Shown here piece by piece: positions 20,905 through 32,360 of a DNA stretch of 64,000 nt (positions are counted from its first letter, which is position 1; each line of letters starts with the position of its first letter). Position numbers and translations under genes: made by a program. This stretch comes from an uncultured Verrucomicrobiae bacterium (GTDB lineage: Bacteria > Verrucomicrobiota > Verrucomicrobiia > Limisphaerales > JAFGQR01), in assembly GCA_963788655.1 (NCBI GenBank), contig CAWBHS010000060.1, positions 96,001 to 160,000 of the forward strand, read 5' to 3'. The notes beneath the pieces were generated by a model. That model was given only the letters and a program-made list of their open reading frames with translations. It ran no database searches and was not told the origin of the DNA.

Positions 20905-21180
20905 AATCAAGCCTCCTCACGCTCGACGCTCTGCTGCTCTTTGGCCCGTTGGCAGGGCAGGCTGCCAACTTGAACCCGATCCCCTGGCCGAAGTCGGTTG
21001 AAACGCTGCTTGGTTCGGTGAGTCTCAATCCGCGCCGCCAGATTGTGGCCGCTGACGCTCAACTGCATCCGCCGGCGGAGGTTCTGGCGAAAGAGATTTT
21101 TCTGGCCACAGGCCGGCAGTTAGATCACCACGGCGCCGCGTCCCGCTGCCGTGGACATTTCCATGGATGGCTAGACCTGG
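20901..21180 (+). pseudogene. N-terminal remnant of a GH20-type hexosaminidase (no catalytic domain)
   Basis: Signal-like N-terminus then NLNPIPWPKSVE...IVAADAQLHPPAEVLAKEIFLATGRQL, typical of the GH20b N-domain; truncated afterwards. Confidence 0.55.
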
Positions 21181-21314
21181 ACGGAAGCAGCGGGCATGAA
21201 CCGCAACCAGCAACCGACTACGTTTAAAACTGACCTGGTGTATCACGACCACGAATGACCCCAGCAAAAACTGGGTTGACGTTTGGGGGATTATTGGAAC
21301 CAACTAAGACAACG

Positions 21315-24300
21315 ATGAAACGAATACTGATACTGTGGGCGCTCTGGGCGCTCGTGAACGGGGCCGCCGCGGCAGGCAACTTGGCGGTGGACTTCGCTTC
21401 GCCACCAGCTTCGGCCCGTCCGTGGGTCTATTGGTTCTGGCTCAACGGCAACATCACCAGCAACGGCATCACCGCCGATCTCGAAGCCATGCAGCGCGTT
21501 GGCATCGGCGGAGCGTTGATCATGGAGGTGGACCAAGGTGCGCCGGTGGGCCCCATCGATTTCATGGGCACCTCGTGGCGCGATCTGTTCCGCCATGTCC
21601 ATGCCGAGGCCAACCGGCTGGGATTGGAAATCAACATGAACGATGATGCCGGCTGGAACGGCAGCGGTGGACCGTGGATCAAGCCCGAACAATCCATGCA
21701 AGAGCTAACGTGGTCCGAAACCAACGTCATTGGCCCGCGGCATTTTGAAGGCGTGCTCCCGCAACCCGGAACCACCGCCAACTTTTATCGCGACATCGCG
21801 GTGCAAGCATTTCCTACCGTGGACGAATACCGGATTCCCGGCATTGAAGCGAAAGCCGCGTTCCAACGGCGGGGCGCAAAGAAATCCAGCCAAGCCGAAC
21901 CCACGCCGCAATCAAACATCGCCCCGGCAGCCATCATCAACCTGACCGCGCAAATGGACGCCGCGGGCCGATTGGTGTGGGACGTGCCCGCCGGCAAATG
22001 GACCATCCTCCGCCTTGGGCACACCAGCACCGGTGCCGAGAATGCTCCCGCACCAAAATCCGGTCGCGGCCTCGAGTGCGACAAGCTCAGTCCGGCAGGC
22101 ATCGAAGCCAACTTCGCCGGCATGATGGCGAAACTGGCCGGCGACACCGGCATCGCTTCACAGCGCCCCGCAGCCGGTCTGGTGGCCACGCACATTGACA
22201 GTTGGGAGAACGGTTCGCAGAACTGGACCACTCGCATGCGGGAGGAGTTTCAGCAGCGGCGCGGCTACGACTTGACGCCCTACCTGCCGGTGTTCACCGG
22301 GCGCGTCGTGAACAGCCAGGAGATGTCCGAGCGTTTTCTTTGGGATCTGCGCCGGACCGTTTCCGAACTGGTCATCGAGAACTACGCCGGGCAGTTCCGG
22401 CGCCTCGCCCATGCCAACGGCATGCGCTTCACGGTCGAGGCTTACGGTGGCCCGTGCGACTGCATTCCTTACGCGGGTCAAGCGGATGAGCCCATGGGCG
22501 AGTTCTGGACGCCTGGCGGCGGGGCATTGGAAACCTGTCGCGGCATGGCGTCCGCGGGGCATGTTTATGGTAAGCGCATCATCGGCGCTGAAGCCTTCAC
22601 GTCCGGCGACCAGGAACGCTGGCGCGAGCATCCGGCGCTGCTGAAGGCGCTGGGGGACCGCGCATTTTGCGAAGGCATCAACCGCTTCGTCTTTCACCGT
22701 TACGCCATGCAACCGTGGGTGGACTACCGTCCTGGCATGACCATGGGACCGTGGGGGCAGCACTACGAACGCACGGAAACATGGTGGGAGCAGTCGCGTC
22801 CCTGGCACGAATATCTGGCCCGCTGTCAGTTCATGCTGCGCCAGGGATTGTTCGTCGCTGATATTTGTTACCTCCAGGCCGAAGCGCCGCCGCTGGGTTT
22901 CGGACATCATCCGCGTGCCGGTTACGATTGGGACGAATGCACCGACGACGCCGTGCTCAAGCGAATGTCCGTGCGCGATGGCCGCCTGGTGCTGCCCGAT
23001 GGGATGAGCTACCGGCTGCTCGCATTGTCGGATGCGCGCACGATGACGCCGCGATTGTTGCGCAAGGTGAAGGAACTTGTCGAAGCCGGCGCCACAGTGG
23101 TCGGCCCGCGCCCGTTGAAGTCACCGAGCCTGAGCGATTATCCGCAATGCGATGGGGAGGTTCAGGCATTGGCGCAGGAATTGTGGGGTGACCCCGCCAA
23201 TTCCGGCGAAGGTCAAGGAGAACATCGATTGGGCCGGGGGCGGGTAGTCTGGGGACAAACACCCGAACAGGTGTTGCAACAAGGTGATGTTCCCGCCGAC
23301 TTCGTTTGCAGCCGGCCGTGGCGTTACATTCACCGCGCCACCGGCGACGCGGATATTTATTTCGTGGCCAATGGAAAAGCCTTCGAAGCGACTGCCACGT
23401 GCGCCTTCCGGGTAATGGACAAGGTGCCGGAATTGTGGTCGCCGGAAACCGGCACCATCGAACGCGCCGGCGTCTATGAAACGAAGGATGGCGTCACCCG
23501 CGTCGCGCTGACCTTGGGACCAAACGGTTCAGCCTTTGTGGTTTTCCGCAAAGCCACCGGAGCCGCCGATCCCATCGTCCAAGTGCGCCGCGATGGCAAG
23601 ACGCTTTTGTCAGCGGCGCTGGAGCCGGCACCTAAAATTACCGTGCGCCAGGCGCGCTACGGTGTATTGGATGATCCCCAGCGCACTCGCGATGTGACCA
23701 TGAAGGTGCAGCAGTTAGCCGACACCGGCGAGCACAGTTTCCCCGTCACGGCGATGGCGGCGGGCGACGATCCCGCCCTCAATGTCGTGAAGACGCTGGT
23801 GGTGGACTTCAGCATCGACGGGCAGAATTACTCTGTAACTGGGCACGATGGCGAAAACATCCGACTGAATCGCAATGTGGTCGGAGCCCAGGTGGTAAAG
23901 GCCCTGTACGGCGTGCTTGACGACCCAAAGCGCACCCGCGACGTGCGCAAGAAAGTGCAACGTCTCCTGGATGCCGGCGAAAGTAACTTCAGCGTGGCGC
24001 TTATGGCGGCGGGCGATGATCCGGCCTTTGGCATCGTCAAAACGCTCAACGTCGAATACACGCTCAACGGGAAACGCCTGCATCTGACCGGCACTGATCC
24101 GGAGACCGTGGACTTTGTCACCGGGCCGATGCCGCCAACCGCGATTGTGCAAATCCTTTGCGACAACAAAGGCCGCGCCAGCTTGGAGGCGCGTGAGCCC
24201 GGTGAATACGAACTTCTGACCGCCTCCAGTCAATCCCGCCGTATCAAGGTGGAGGCCATACCGCCGCCGCTGGAATTGAGCGGCCCATGGGAAGTGCGCT

Positions 24301-24840
24301 TCGATCCCCATTGGGGCGGCGCGGAGCACGTGACGTTCGACCAACTCGACGACTGGTCCAAGCGTCCCGAAGACGGCATTCGCTATTACTCGGGCGAAGC
24401 CACTTACCGAAAGACTTTCACCCTCAAGTCTCAACCCTCAGTCCTCGACCGCTTGATTCTCGACCTCGGCAAAGTCGCAGTGATGGCTGAAGTCAAACTC
24501 AACGGCAAAAACCTCGGCATTCTCTGGAAGCCCCCATTCCGATTGGACGTGACTGACGCGCTGAAGGCCCGGCGAAAACCAACTCGAAGTGAACGTCGTC
24601 AACCTCTGGATCAACCGCATGATTGGCGACGAACAATTGCCGGAGGACAGCGACCGCCACGCTAACGGCACCCTCAAGGCGTGGCCCCAGTGGGTCAACG
24701 AAGGCAAGCCCAGTCCGACCGGCCGCTACACCTTCACCAGTTGGCGGCTATGGAAGAAAGATTCTCCGTTGCAAACCTCGGGACTGCTTGGCCCCGTGAC
24801 TGTGCAAACGGTCAGACAAGTCAGCATCAGTGGCCGTTGA
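21315..24840 (+). CDS. GH106 alpha-L-rhamnosidase-like hydrolase with a tandem inserted domain; +1 frameshift at ~24568
   Basis: ARPWVYWFWLNGNI, GITADLEAM, GWNGSGGPWI, HIDSWE, DEPMGEFW, IIGAEAFT, GINRFVFH; shifted frame restores KPGENQLEVNVVNLWINRMIGD...SGLLGPV. Confidence 0.9.
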
Positions 24841-24909
24841 AAAAGTGTTAGAAAGACAATGAACTGCCCCAGCAGGCGATGATTTTGTGAAAGAACAGTA
24901 ACGACTCCT

Positions 24910-27267
24910 ATGAATACCACGACGATGATGATCCGCGCCCTGCAATGGGCGCCGGCCCCCTTCACTCTGGCCATCGCGACGGCGTTTGCCTCCGCAGCTC
25001 CCGCCGGTGATTTTACGATTGAAACCCGCGACCAGATCACGCTGCACGCCCAACCGTTTCCGCTGCGCGAGGTGCGGTTGCTGGCCGGGCCATTCAAGCA
25101 CGCGCAGGATTTGGACCGCCAATACCTTTTGTCATTCGATGTGGACCGGTTGCTCCATACCTTCCGCCTCAATGCGGGGCTGCCTTCTTCCGCCCAACCG
25201 CTCGGAGGCTGGGAAGAGCCGAAGGGCGAACTGCGCGGGCATTTCGTCGGGCACTATCTTTCGGCGTGTGCCCTACTGTATGCCAGCACCGGCGACGCCC
25301 GGCTCAAGCAGAAGGGCGACGCGGTCGTGGCCGGTTTGGCGGAGTGTCAGGCGAAATTCCCCAGCGGCTATCTGAGCGCCTATCCGGAGGAGTTCATTGA
25401 TCGGGTGGAGCAGCAGCAACGCGTCTGGGCGCCTTACTACACGTTGCACAAAATCTTTGCCGGACTGCTCGACATGTACGCGCTCACCGGTAACACGCAG
25501 GCGCTCGCAGTGGCCAAACGATTCGGGGACTGGGTCATCGCCCGCAATGCGCGCCTCACGGATGAGCAGATGCAGAAAATGCTCGGCACCGAGCACGGCG
25601 GCATGAACGAGTGCCTGGCCAACCTGTATGCTCTCACCGGCGAAGAGAAGTATTTAAAGCTCGCCTTTCGCTTCAATCACCGTCAACTCCTTGACCCGTT
25701 CGCCCGGCGCGAGGACAACCTCACGGGCAAACATGCCAACACGCAGTTCCCGAAATTCATCGGCGCCGCTCGCGAGTATGAATTGACCGGCGACGATTCG
25801 CTGCACACCGCCGCCACGTTCTTCTGGAACACGGTCGTCCAGGAGCGATCGTACGTCATCGGCGGCAACAGCGACGGCGAGATGTTCACGGCCAAGGACA
25901 AACTCTCGACCGCGCTGGGGCCGAACACGACCGAGACCTGCAACACCTACAACATGCTCAAGCTTACACGCCATTTGTTCTGCTGGGATCCCGAGGTGGC
26001 GTATGGCGATTTTTACGAGCGCGGCCTCTACAATCACATCCTGGCGTCCCAGAATCCCGAAACCGGAATGATGTGTTACTATGTGCCGCTACGCTCCGGT
26101 TCGAGAAAAACCTACAACACCCCGCTCAATTCCTTCTGGTGCTGCACCGGCACCGGGATCGAAAACCACGCCAAATACGGTGACTCGATTTATTTCCACG
26201 CCGGTGACTCGACGCTTTACGTGAATCTATTCATCGCCTCCGAACTGAACTGGCAGGAACGAGGACTGCGGTTACATCAGGAAACCGACTTCCCCGAAGC
26301 CGGCGCCACGAAGCTCACGTTCAACTGCGAGCAGCCGGTGGAACTGGAGTTGAAATTGCGCTGGCCGGCATGGGCGAAATCCGGTTTCGAAGTGTCCGTC
26401 AACGGCGACCCAGTGAAGGCGGCCGGACAACCGGGCTCCTGGCTGCCGCTCAAACGCACGTGGAAACGCGGCGACACGGTGAGCGTGCGCATGCCCTTCC
26501 GCCTGCGCACCGAAGGCTTCGCGGACAATCCCGATCGCTTCGCATTCTTGAACGGTCCGATCGTACTTTGCGCTCAGGTGAAGCCGGGCCAACCGTTTCC
26601 AGCCGTGGTCGCCGAGCGCGACCAGGTCATCAAAGCATTTAAGCCGTCAGACAAGCCCAACACGTTCAGTGCGTCGCCTGGGATGTTTCGTATTCCAAGC
26701 GGGTCGCAGGCTGTCACTTTGGAACCGTTTTACCAAATGCACGGTGGGCGACACTACCAAGTCTATTTTGACCGTTACACTCCCGCGCAATGGAAACAGA
26801 AGGAAGCCGATTACGCTGCCGAATTGGCCCGTCAGCGCGAACTCGAGGCCCGCACGGTGGACTTCGTCGTGCCGGACCGGGAACAGAGCGAGCGGGATCA
26901 CGCCTTGCAGGGCGAACGGACCAGCGCCGGTGACTTCAGCGGCCGCCACTGGCGTCACGCCACGGACGGCGGCTGGTTCTCCTGGCAGTTGAAAGCGCTA
27001 CCCGACCAAGCCCAGGAACTCTGGGTCACCTACTGGGGAAGCGATGGCGGCAATCGCCTCTTCGACGTCATGGTGGATGGCCAAAAGATCGCCACCCAAC
27101 GCCTGCAAAACAACCGGCCCGACAAGTTCTACGACGAAGTGTATCGTCTCCCCGCTGACCTGCTGAAAGGCAAATCGACCATCACCGTGAAGTTCCAGGC
27201 GCATCCCGGCGCGTGGGCGGGCGGTGTATTTGGGGCACGAATCATGAAGACCGAGAGGAAGGAGTGA
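24910..27267 (+). CDS. GH146/GH127 (DUF1680) beta-L-arabinofuranosidase-like cysteine glycosidase
   Basis: ELRGHFVGHYLSA, WAPYYTLHK, EHGGMNE, HANTQFPK, ETCNTYNMLKL, FWCCTGTG; extra C-terminal beta domain. Confidence 0.9.
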   Translation: MNTTTMMIRALQWAPAPFTLAIATAFASAAPAGDFTIETRDQITLHAQPFPLREVRLLAGPFKHAQDLDRQYLLSFDVDRLLHTFRLNAGLPSSAQPLGGWEEPKGELRGHFVGHYLSACALLYASTGDARLKQKGDAVVAGLAECQAKFPSGYLSAYPEEFIDRVEQQQRVWAPYYTLHKIFAGLLDMYALTGNTQALAVAKRFGDWVIARNARLTDEQMQKMLGTEHGGMNECLANLYALTGEEKYLKLAFRFNHRQLLDPFARREDNLTGKHANTQFPKFIGAAREYELTGDDSLHTAATFFWNTVVQERSYVIGGNSDGEMFTAKDKLSTALGPNTTETCNTYNMLKLTRHLFCWDPEVAYGDFYERGLYNHILASQNPETGMMCYYVPLRSGSRKTYNTPLNSFWCCTGTGIENHAKYGDSIYFHAGDSTLYVNLFIASELNWQERGLRLHQETDFPEAGATKLTFNCEQPVELELKLRWPAWAKSGFEVSVNGDPVKAAGQPGSWLPLKRTWKRGDTVSVRMPFRLRTEGFADNPDRFAFLNGPIVLCAQVKPGQPFPAVVAERDQVIKAFKPSDKPNTFSASPGMFRIPSGSQAVTLEPFYQMHGGRHYQVYFDRYTPAQWKQKEADYAAELARQRELEARTVDFVVPDREQSERDHALQGERTSAGDFSGRHWRHATDGGWFSWQLKALPDQAQELWVTYWGSDGGNRLFDVMVDGQKIATQRLQNNRPDKFYDEVYRLPADLLKGKSTITVKFQAHPGAWAGGVFGARIMKTERKE

Positions 27268-27351
27268 AGCAATAAAGTCTGGCGAGGGCCGGAACGCAGG
27301 CACGAAGCGTTACAAACCCGGAGAAATTACACTCCGCAAAAAACAAGACGA

Positions 27352-27427
27352 GCGGTAGCCGTCGAAGTTAGGAGGCGGATCCATGCGCGCTGAACTTGCA
27401 CCGCCTCCTTACATCGGCGGCTACCGC
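27352..27427. repeat. GTAGC-family REP doublet
   Basis: gcggtagccgtcgaagttaggaggcgg ... ccgcctccttacatcggcggctaccgc. Confidence 0.7.
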
Positions 27428-27471
27428 GGCGGTAAAATATACATTCCAAACCATCTTCTATTAGCCAACGA

Positions 27472-29829
27472 ATGATTACGTTGAACCATCGCCTTTCTTG
27501 TAATGCCACCGTTTTCGTCGTTCTTTCTTTCCTGCTCCTGTCCATGCTTCCGGGGTCGGGTTCCGCCGTGGGCGGCGAGGAATTCGTAGGGCCGTTTCCG
27601 AGTTGGCGGAATGCGCAGCGGGATTACGGAGCGCGCGGCGACGGTCAGGCCGATGATACCGCCGCCCTCCAACGCGCGCTCGATGAACTTATCCGGCACA
27701 CGAACGCCTGCGTGCTTTATCTGCCGGCCGGAACGTATCGCCTCACCGGCACCTTGAAGACCGTCCGCAAGGCGCACACGGACTGCCAGGGCGTCGCGAT
27801 CATCGGCGAGGATCCGGCCCGCACGGTGCTGCGCTGGGACGGGACGAACGGTGGCACCATGTTCAGTTGGGATGCCTGGTATTCCAAGATTTCACGTCTG
27901 AACTTCGCCGGCGCCGGACGCGCGGGGACTGCGCTGCTCTACGGCCCGGCGTTCTCCACCTATAACGAAACCAGCGACCTTATTTTCCGCGACGTCACCA
28001 ATGGCCTCGTCTTCGGCGGGCCAAAGACCGCCGGCCAGGCGGAGAACGCGGTCCTTCGTTGCCAGTTTCTACGCTGCGGGACCGGCATTCAAACGGTGAA
28101 CTGGAACTCGATGGACATCTGGGTTTGGTATGGCCGGTTCGAAGATTGCGGGCGCGGCGTCCACAACGTGATGGGCAATTGGCACGTCTGGCAATCGCTC
28201 TTTCTGCGCTCGCGGATCGCCGACTTGAGCAGTATCAACCTGATGGCCTTTTCCGTGGTCAACAACACCAGCATCGGCTCGCGCTGCTTCTTCGATTTCG
28301 CGACCGGACACACTTGGGGATCGCCGGTGAGCCTGACCGGCAATCGCGTCCTCGATCCGACCGGCGATTGGGCCGTCCTGCTCGATAACGCCGGACCCTA
28401 TCTGGTCGTGGATAACCAGTTTCGTCTGCCAGGCAAAACGCGCGGCGTCCGCATGACGTGGGCCGATCAGACGCTCGTTGGCAACCGCTACTCCAAAACC
28501 AACGCCGTGGAAGAACGCGGCCGGTTCCGCCGGTTGGCGGAGAAGGTAGTGCCGGCCAATGCGATCTCCGACGCACTCCCGCCACTGCCCCCTACCCCGC
28601 CCCACCGCGAGCGAAAGGTCTTCGAAGTTCCGGCCGGTGCGGATGCCGACGCGATCCAACAGGCGATCAACGAGGCGGCGAAACTCGCGGGCCAACGACC
28701 GGTTGTTCATTTGCCCATGGGCAACTACGCGATCAGGAAGACGCTGGTGATCCCCGACGGCTGCGACCTGCAATTGGTAGGCGACAGCGCGGGCGAAACC
28801 GGCACCCGCCTGAATTGGACCGGCCCAAGCGATGGCGTGGTGCTTCGGGTTGCGGGACCGAGCCACGCGACGCTGCGGGATTTCCATATCCATGCCGGGA
28901 CCGCGCGCGCGTTGCTGGTGGAGAATTGCGACCAGCCGGGCAGCCACATTTTGGCCGACCAACTGAACGCCAACGGACCCACTGCCAAAGGCAGCCCCAA
29001 CGCCGCTTCACTGCGCCTTAACAGCCTCGACCACGCGGACATCCTGCTTCGTTCGCTCCAGGGCAGCGGGAATGGCGGGCATTGGGTGGAAGTCTTGGGC
29101 GGTTCCGAGGAGAAGCACGCCACCAACCAAGTGAGCATCTTCACCGGCGCCACCGGCTCCGCCGCCGGGCAATACCACGTGAGCCGTGGCGGGCGGCTCG
29201 TAGTGCGCGGTGTTTATCACGAGCGTAGCAGCGATTCCTTGAACGGCCTGCACTTGACGGATCGCGGCACCCTGAGCATTGACGCCACACGCTTTTCTTA
29301 CGCCACATCGCCCACCTCACCGACCATTGCCGCCGATAACTTCCACGGCTTGTTTACACTTGCCACGTGCATGTTGCTGCCCGTTGAGACGAAGCAAAGC
29401 TGTCGATTTGAGCTGCGTGGCGATGGCCGCGACGCCAGCGTGCTCGCCTTGAACAATCAGTTCTGGATTGAGCAAAAGACCTCCGCTGATGACGTATGGC
29501 GCAACCTTGCTCAACCACCGGTGCAAGGCGGCCTCATTGGTTGCAACGTGAACACGGGCAACCAGCAGGCGGCCCCCAAAGGTTTCGAGTTCCTGGCCAA
29601 CATCGGCGACCACCCCGACCCGGCCAAGTCCGCTTCCGGCGCCGGCCCGCTGGAGGATCGCGGCACCGTGGACGACGCCACGCTTTTGCGTCACCTGGCG
29701 CCGCTGCGCGCGGCTCGCGTCTGGCTGCCGGACGGTTCGGTTCCGCGGCAGGCCACCGATCTGCGCCTCCACCGCGTGATGGCCAGTGGCGGCCATGCGA
29801 CGGTGGTGGAGTTCCGGAGTCGCCGTTGA
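27472..29829 (+). CDS. Secreted pectin-lyase-fold (parallel beta-helix) protein with two helix modules
   Basis: DYGARGDGQADDTAALQRALD...LYLPAGTYRL, then a second cap ADADAIQQAINEA...VHLPMGNYAI; signal peptide. Confidence 0.8.
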   Translation: MITLNHRLSCNATVFVVLSFLLLSMLPGSGSAVGGEEFVGPFPSWRNAQRDYGARGDGQADDTAALQRALDELIRHTNACVLYLPAGTYRLTGTLKTVRKAHTDCQGVAIIGEDPARTVLRWDGTNGGTMFSWDAWYSKISRLNFAGAGRAGTALLYGPAFSTYNETSDLIFRDVTNGLVFGGPKTAGQAENAVLRCQFLRCGTGIQTVNWNSMDIWVWYGRFEDCGRGVHNVMGNWHVWQSLFLRSRIADLSSINLMAFSVVNNTSIGSRCFFDFATGHTWGSPVSLTGNRVLDPTGDWAVLLDNAGPYLVVDNQFRLPGKTRGVRMTWADQTLVGNRYSKTNAVEERGRFRRLAEKVVPANAISDALPPLPPTPPHRERKVFEVPAGADADAIQQAINEAAKLAGQRPVVHLPMGNYAIRKTLVIPDGCDLQLVGDSAGETGTRLNWTGPSDGVVLRVAGPSHATLRDFHIHAGTARALLVENCDQPGSHILADQLNANGPTAKGSPNAASLRLNSLDHADILLRSLQGSGNGGHWVEVLGGSEEKHATNQVSIFTGATGSAAGQYHVSRGGRLVVRGVYHERSSDSLNGLHLTDRGTLSIDATRFSYATSPTSPTIAADNFHGLFTLATCMLLPVETKQSCRFELRGDGRDASVLALNNQFWIEQKTSADDVWRNLAQPPVQGGLIGCNVNTGNQQAAPKGFEFLANIGDHPDPAKSASGAGPLEDRGTVDDATLLRHLAPLRAARVWLPDGSVPRQATDLRLHRVMASGGHATVVEFRSRR

Positions 29830-29979
29830 AACCAGGGTACCGCTTTCTTGATTCGTGATGCGAAGCAGTGAGTCGGATTGCATTATCCGAACATCGAATG
29901 GCCTCTTGATTCGCTCCGTTGGTTCGACCAAGGTTCCGCCAACGTTTTCAACAAAGCTGAATAGCCTTAAAGAAGTTGC

Positions 29980-30867
29980 ATGCTTGGCCTGTTCTACGCG
30001 CTGATCACGGTCCTGGCTTGGGGCACCTGGCTGACGCCTTCGCAACAGGTGGCGTTTAAGGGCCAGCAGGTGCGCACCTTTTATGTGGCCGTCACGAATT
30101 TCGTCCTGGCGTCTTTGGTGGCGGCAGGCCAGGGCTTCGGACAAATTACGGCGGCCATGTTTTGGTTTCCGTTTGCCGGCGGCCTGATCTGGGCGGTGAG
30201 TGCGCTCTGCGCCTTCACGGCTACCGAGAAACTCGGCATGGCCCGGGCGTACGGAATTTGGGCGCCGCTCAATATCATTGTCAGCCTCGTGTTGGGGACG
30301 GTGTTGTTTCGCGAATTCGTCGCGCTCAGTTCGTTGAATCTATTGCTGCTGTTCGGTGCGCTGGCGTTCATCATTGTGGGCGTCCTCATGATCGTCTTTG
30401 CCAAAGGCGCCGGCGAACGGAGCCGGAATCGCCACACCTTTATGATCGGCTTGGGCGGCGCCTTGGGGGCCGGCGGGTTGTGGGGCGCGTATTACATTCC
30501 CATCAAAGTCTCCCAAGCTTCCATGTGGGTTGCCGCGTTTCCCTTGGCCTGCGGCATTCTCACCGGCTGCGCGGCGCTGGTATTGCTCAAGCGACAATCG
30601 GTGAAGCTGGCTAAAAGAAGTGACTATATCCGGGTTCTCTCGACGGGTGCGCTCTGGTCCCTGGGTAATTACGGCATGCTGCTCTTGGTGGACCACCTGG
30701 GAGCGGGTAAGGGCTACACGATCGCCCAACTGGCGCTGGTGGTGAACGCCCTGTGCGGTATTTACCTGCTCAAAGATCCGCCGCCCCAAACGCGCGCCGC
30801 CCGCCTGACCCTGGTTGGCTGTTTGTTGGCGACGGCCGGTGGCATCGTGCTCGGCAACTTGAAATGA
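29980..30867 (+). CDS. GRP/GlcU-type (DMT superfamily) sugar transporter
   Basis: 295 aa, ~10 TM segments; ALITVLAWG, GGLIWAV, LGMARA, GALWSLGN motifs. Confidence 0.8.
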   Translation: MLGLFYALITVLAWGTWLTPSQQVAFKGQQVRTFYVAVTNFVLASLVAAGQGFGQITAAMFWFPFAGGLIWAVSALCAFTATEKLGMARAYGIWAPLNIIVSLVLGTVLFREFVALSSLNLLLLFGALAFIIVGVLMIVFAKGAGERSRNRHTFMIGLGGALGAGGLWGAYYIPIKVSQASMWVAAFPLACGILTGCAALVLLKRQSVKLAKRSDYIRVLSTGALWSLGNYGMLLLVDHLGAGKGYTIAQLALVVNALCGIYLLKDPPPQTRAARLTLVGCLLATAGGIVLGNLK

Positions 30868-31010
30868 AAGCTCGTGAATTGAGTTTCTAAACCGCAGGAG
30901 ACGACGTGTGTTCCCAAAATCATCTTATCCCTGAACGATGAAATCGTCGTGAGGTTTCTCTGCTCTGTTTCTTCCTTTCCCGCTGCCGGCAATCCATTTA
31001 TCCTGCCCGC

Positions 31011-32321
31011 ATGAAACGCTCGCTATCGCTTTGTTTGGTGGGACTGTTTTCGTTGGCGCCCTTGTTTGCGGCCGACTTGGAAACACTCCCCGCCGATCCT
31101 TACTTCGCACCGTTCAAACCCCTTAAAGTACCCACTGCGTCGGGATTGCTCCTCAAGACCGGTGATCGGTTGGCCATCTGCGGCGACTCGATCACGGAGC
31201 AAAAAATGTATTCCCGGATCATGGAGACTTACCTGACCGTTTGCGTGCCCGAGTTGAAGGTGACGGTCCGGCAGTTCGGTTGGAGCGGGGAACGAGCCCC
31301 GGGATTTCTTCATCGTATGACCAACGACGTGCTGCGATTCCATCCCACCATCGCGACCACCTGCTATGGGATGAACGATCATCGCTATCAGCCTTACACC
31401 GAAGCCATCGGCCGCGAATACCGCGAGAGTTCCGACGCCATAATCCGCGCGTTCAAGGCGCACGGGGTTCGGGTAATTCAAGGCGCCGCCGGCACGGTGG
31501 GCAAAATGCCGTCCTGGGTTCGGTCCGCCAACGGCACGGTCCTGGACCTCAATCTGGGCTTGCTGGAACTGCGGAACATTGACGTCGAACTGGCCCAACA
31601 GGAGCGCGTGACGTTTGCGGATGTGTTCCTCCCAATGCTCATCGAAGGTTTCAATGCCCAGCAAAAATGGGGAAAGGATTACATGATCTCCGGCAAGGAC
31701 GGTGTGCATCCCGGATGGGCGGGCCATTTGGTCATGGCGTATTGTTACCTTAAAGCAATGGGCTTGGACGGCGACCTCGGCACGATCACGGTGGACCTGG
31801 CCAATAGCCACGCCACGGCGACGGCGGGTCACCAAGTGCTTTCCGCGAAACCTGGGGAAATCAAGTTGGAAAGCGCGCGTTACCCGTTTTGCGCCGCAGG
31901 CCCGAGCGACCGGGATAACAGCCTTCGTTCGGGCATGGCGCTGGTGCCGTTCAACGCGGATCTGAACCGCTTCATGTTGATCGTCAAGAATACCTCAGCG
32001 CCGCAATACCGGGTCACTTGGGGCGACACCACCAAAACCTACGCGGCCGCCGAGTTGGCCAAAGGCGTCAATCTGGCCGCCGATTTTGAAACTAATCCGT
32101 TCAGCGAAGCCTTCCAGCGAGTGGATGACGCCGTAGCGCGCAAACAGGCTTACGAAACCCGCCAGGTCAAAGAACTGTTTCACGGCCCCGAAGGGCGAAC
32201 CGACATGAAACTGACGGAGACCCTGACGGAAGAAGTCCGCTCCCCTTTGGCTGCCGCCGTGGCCCGCGCCTTCAAGCCCGTGCGGCACAACCTCCGCATC
32301 GAAGCGCAATCGGAAAAGTAG
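31011..32321 (+). CDS. Secreted SGNH/GDSL hydrolase (probable carbohydrate esterase)
   Basis: GDSITEQ, GWSGE, YGMND, DGVHP blocks; signal peptide. Confidence 0.88.
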   Translation: MKRSLSLCLVGLFSLAPLFAADLETLPADPYFAPFKPLKVPTASGLLLKTGDRLAICGDSITEQKMYSRIMETYLTVCVPELKVTVRQFGWSGERAPGFLHRMTNDVLRFHPTIATTCYGMNDHRYQPYTEAIGREYRESSDAIIRAFKAHGVRVIQGAAGTVGKMPSWVRSANGTVLDLNLGLLELRNIDVELAQQERVTFADVFLPMLIEGFNAQQKWGKDYMISGKDGVHPGWAGHLVMAYCYLKAMGLDGDLGTITVDLANSHATATAGHQVLSAKPGEIKLESARYPFCAAGPSDRDNSLRSGMALVPFNADLNRFMLIVKNTSAPQYRVTWGDTTKTYAAAELAKGVNLAADFETNPFSEAFQRVDDAVARKQAYETRQVKELFHGPEGRTDMKLTETLTEEVRSPLAAAVARAFKPVRHNLRIEAQSEK

Positions 32322-32360
32322 CGGTGTATCGTTCGGGCGTTACACTTCGTCCCTTACACC

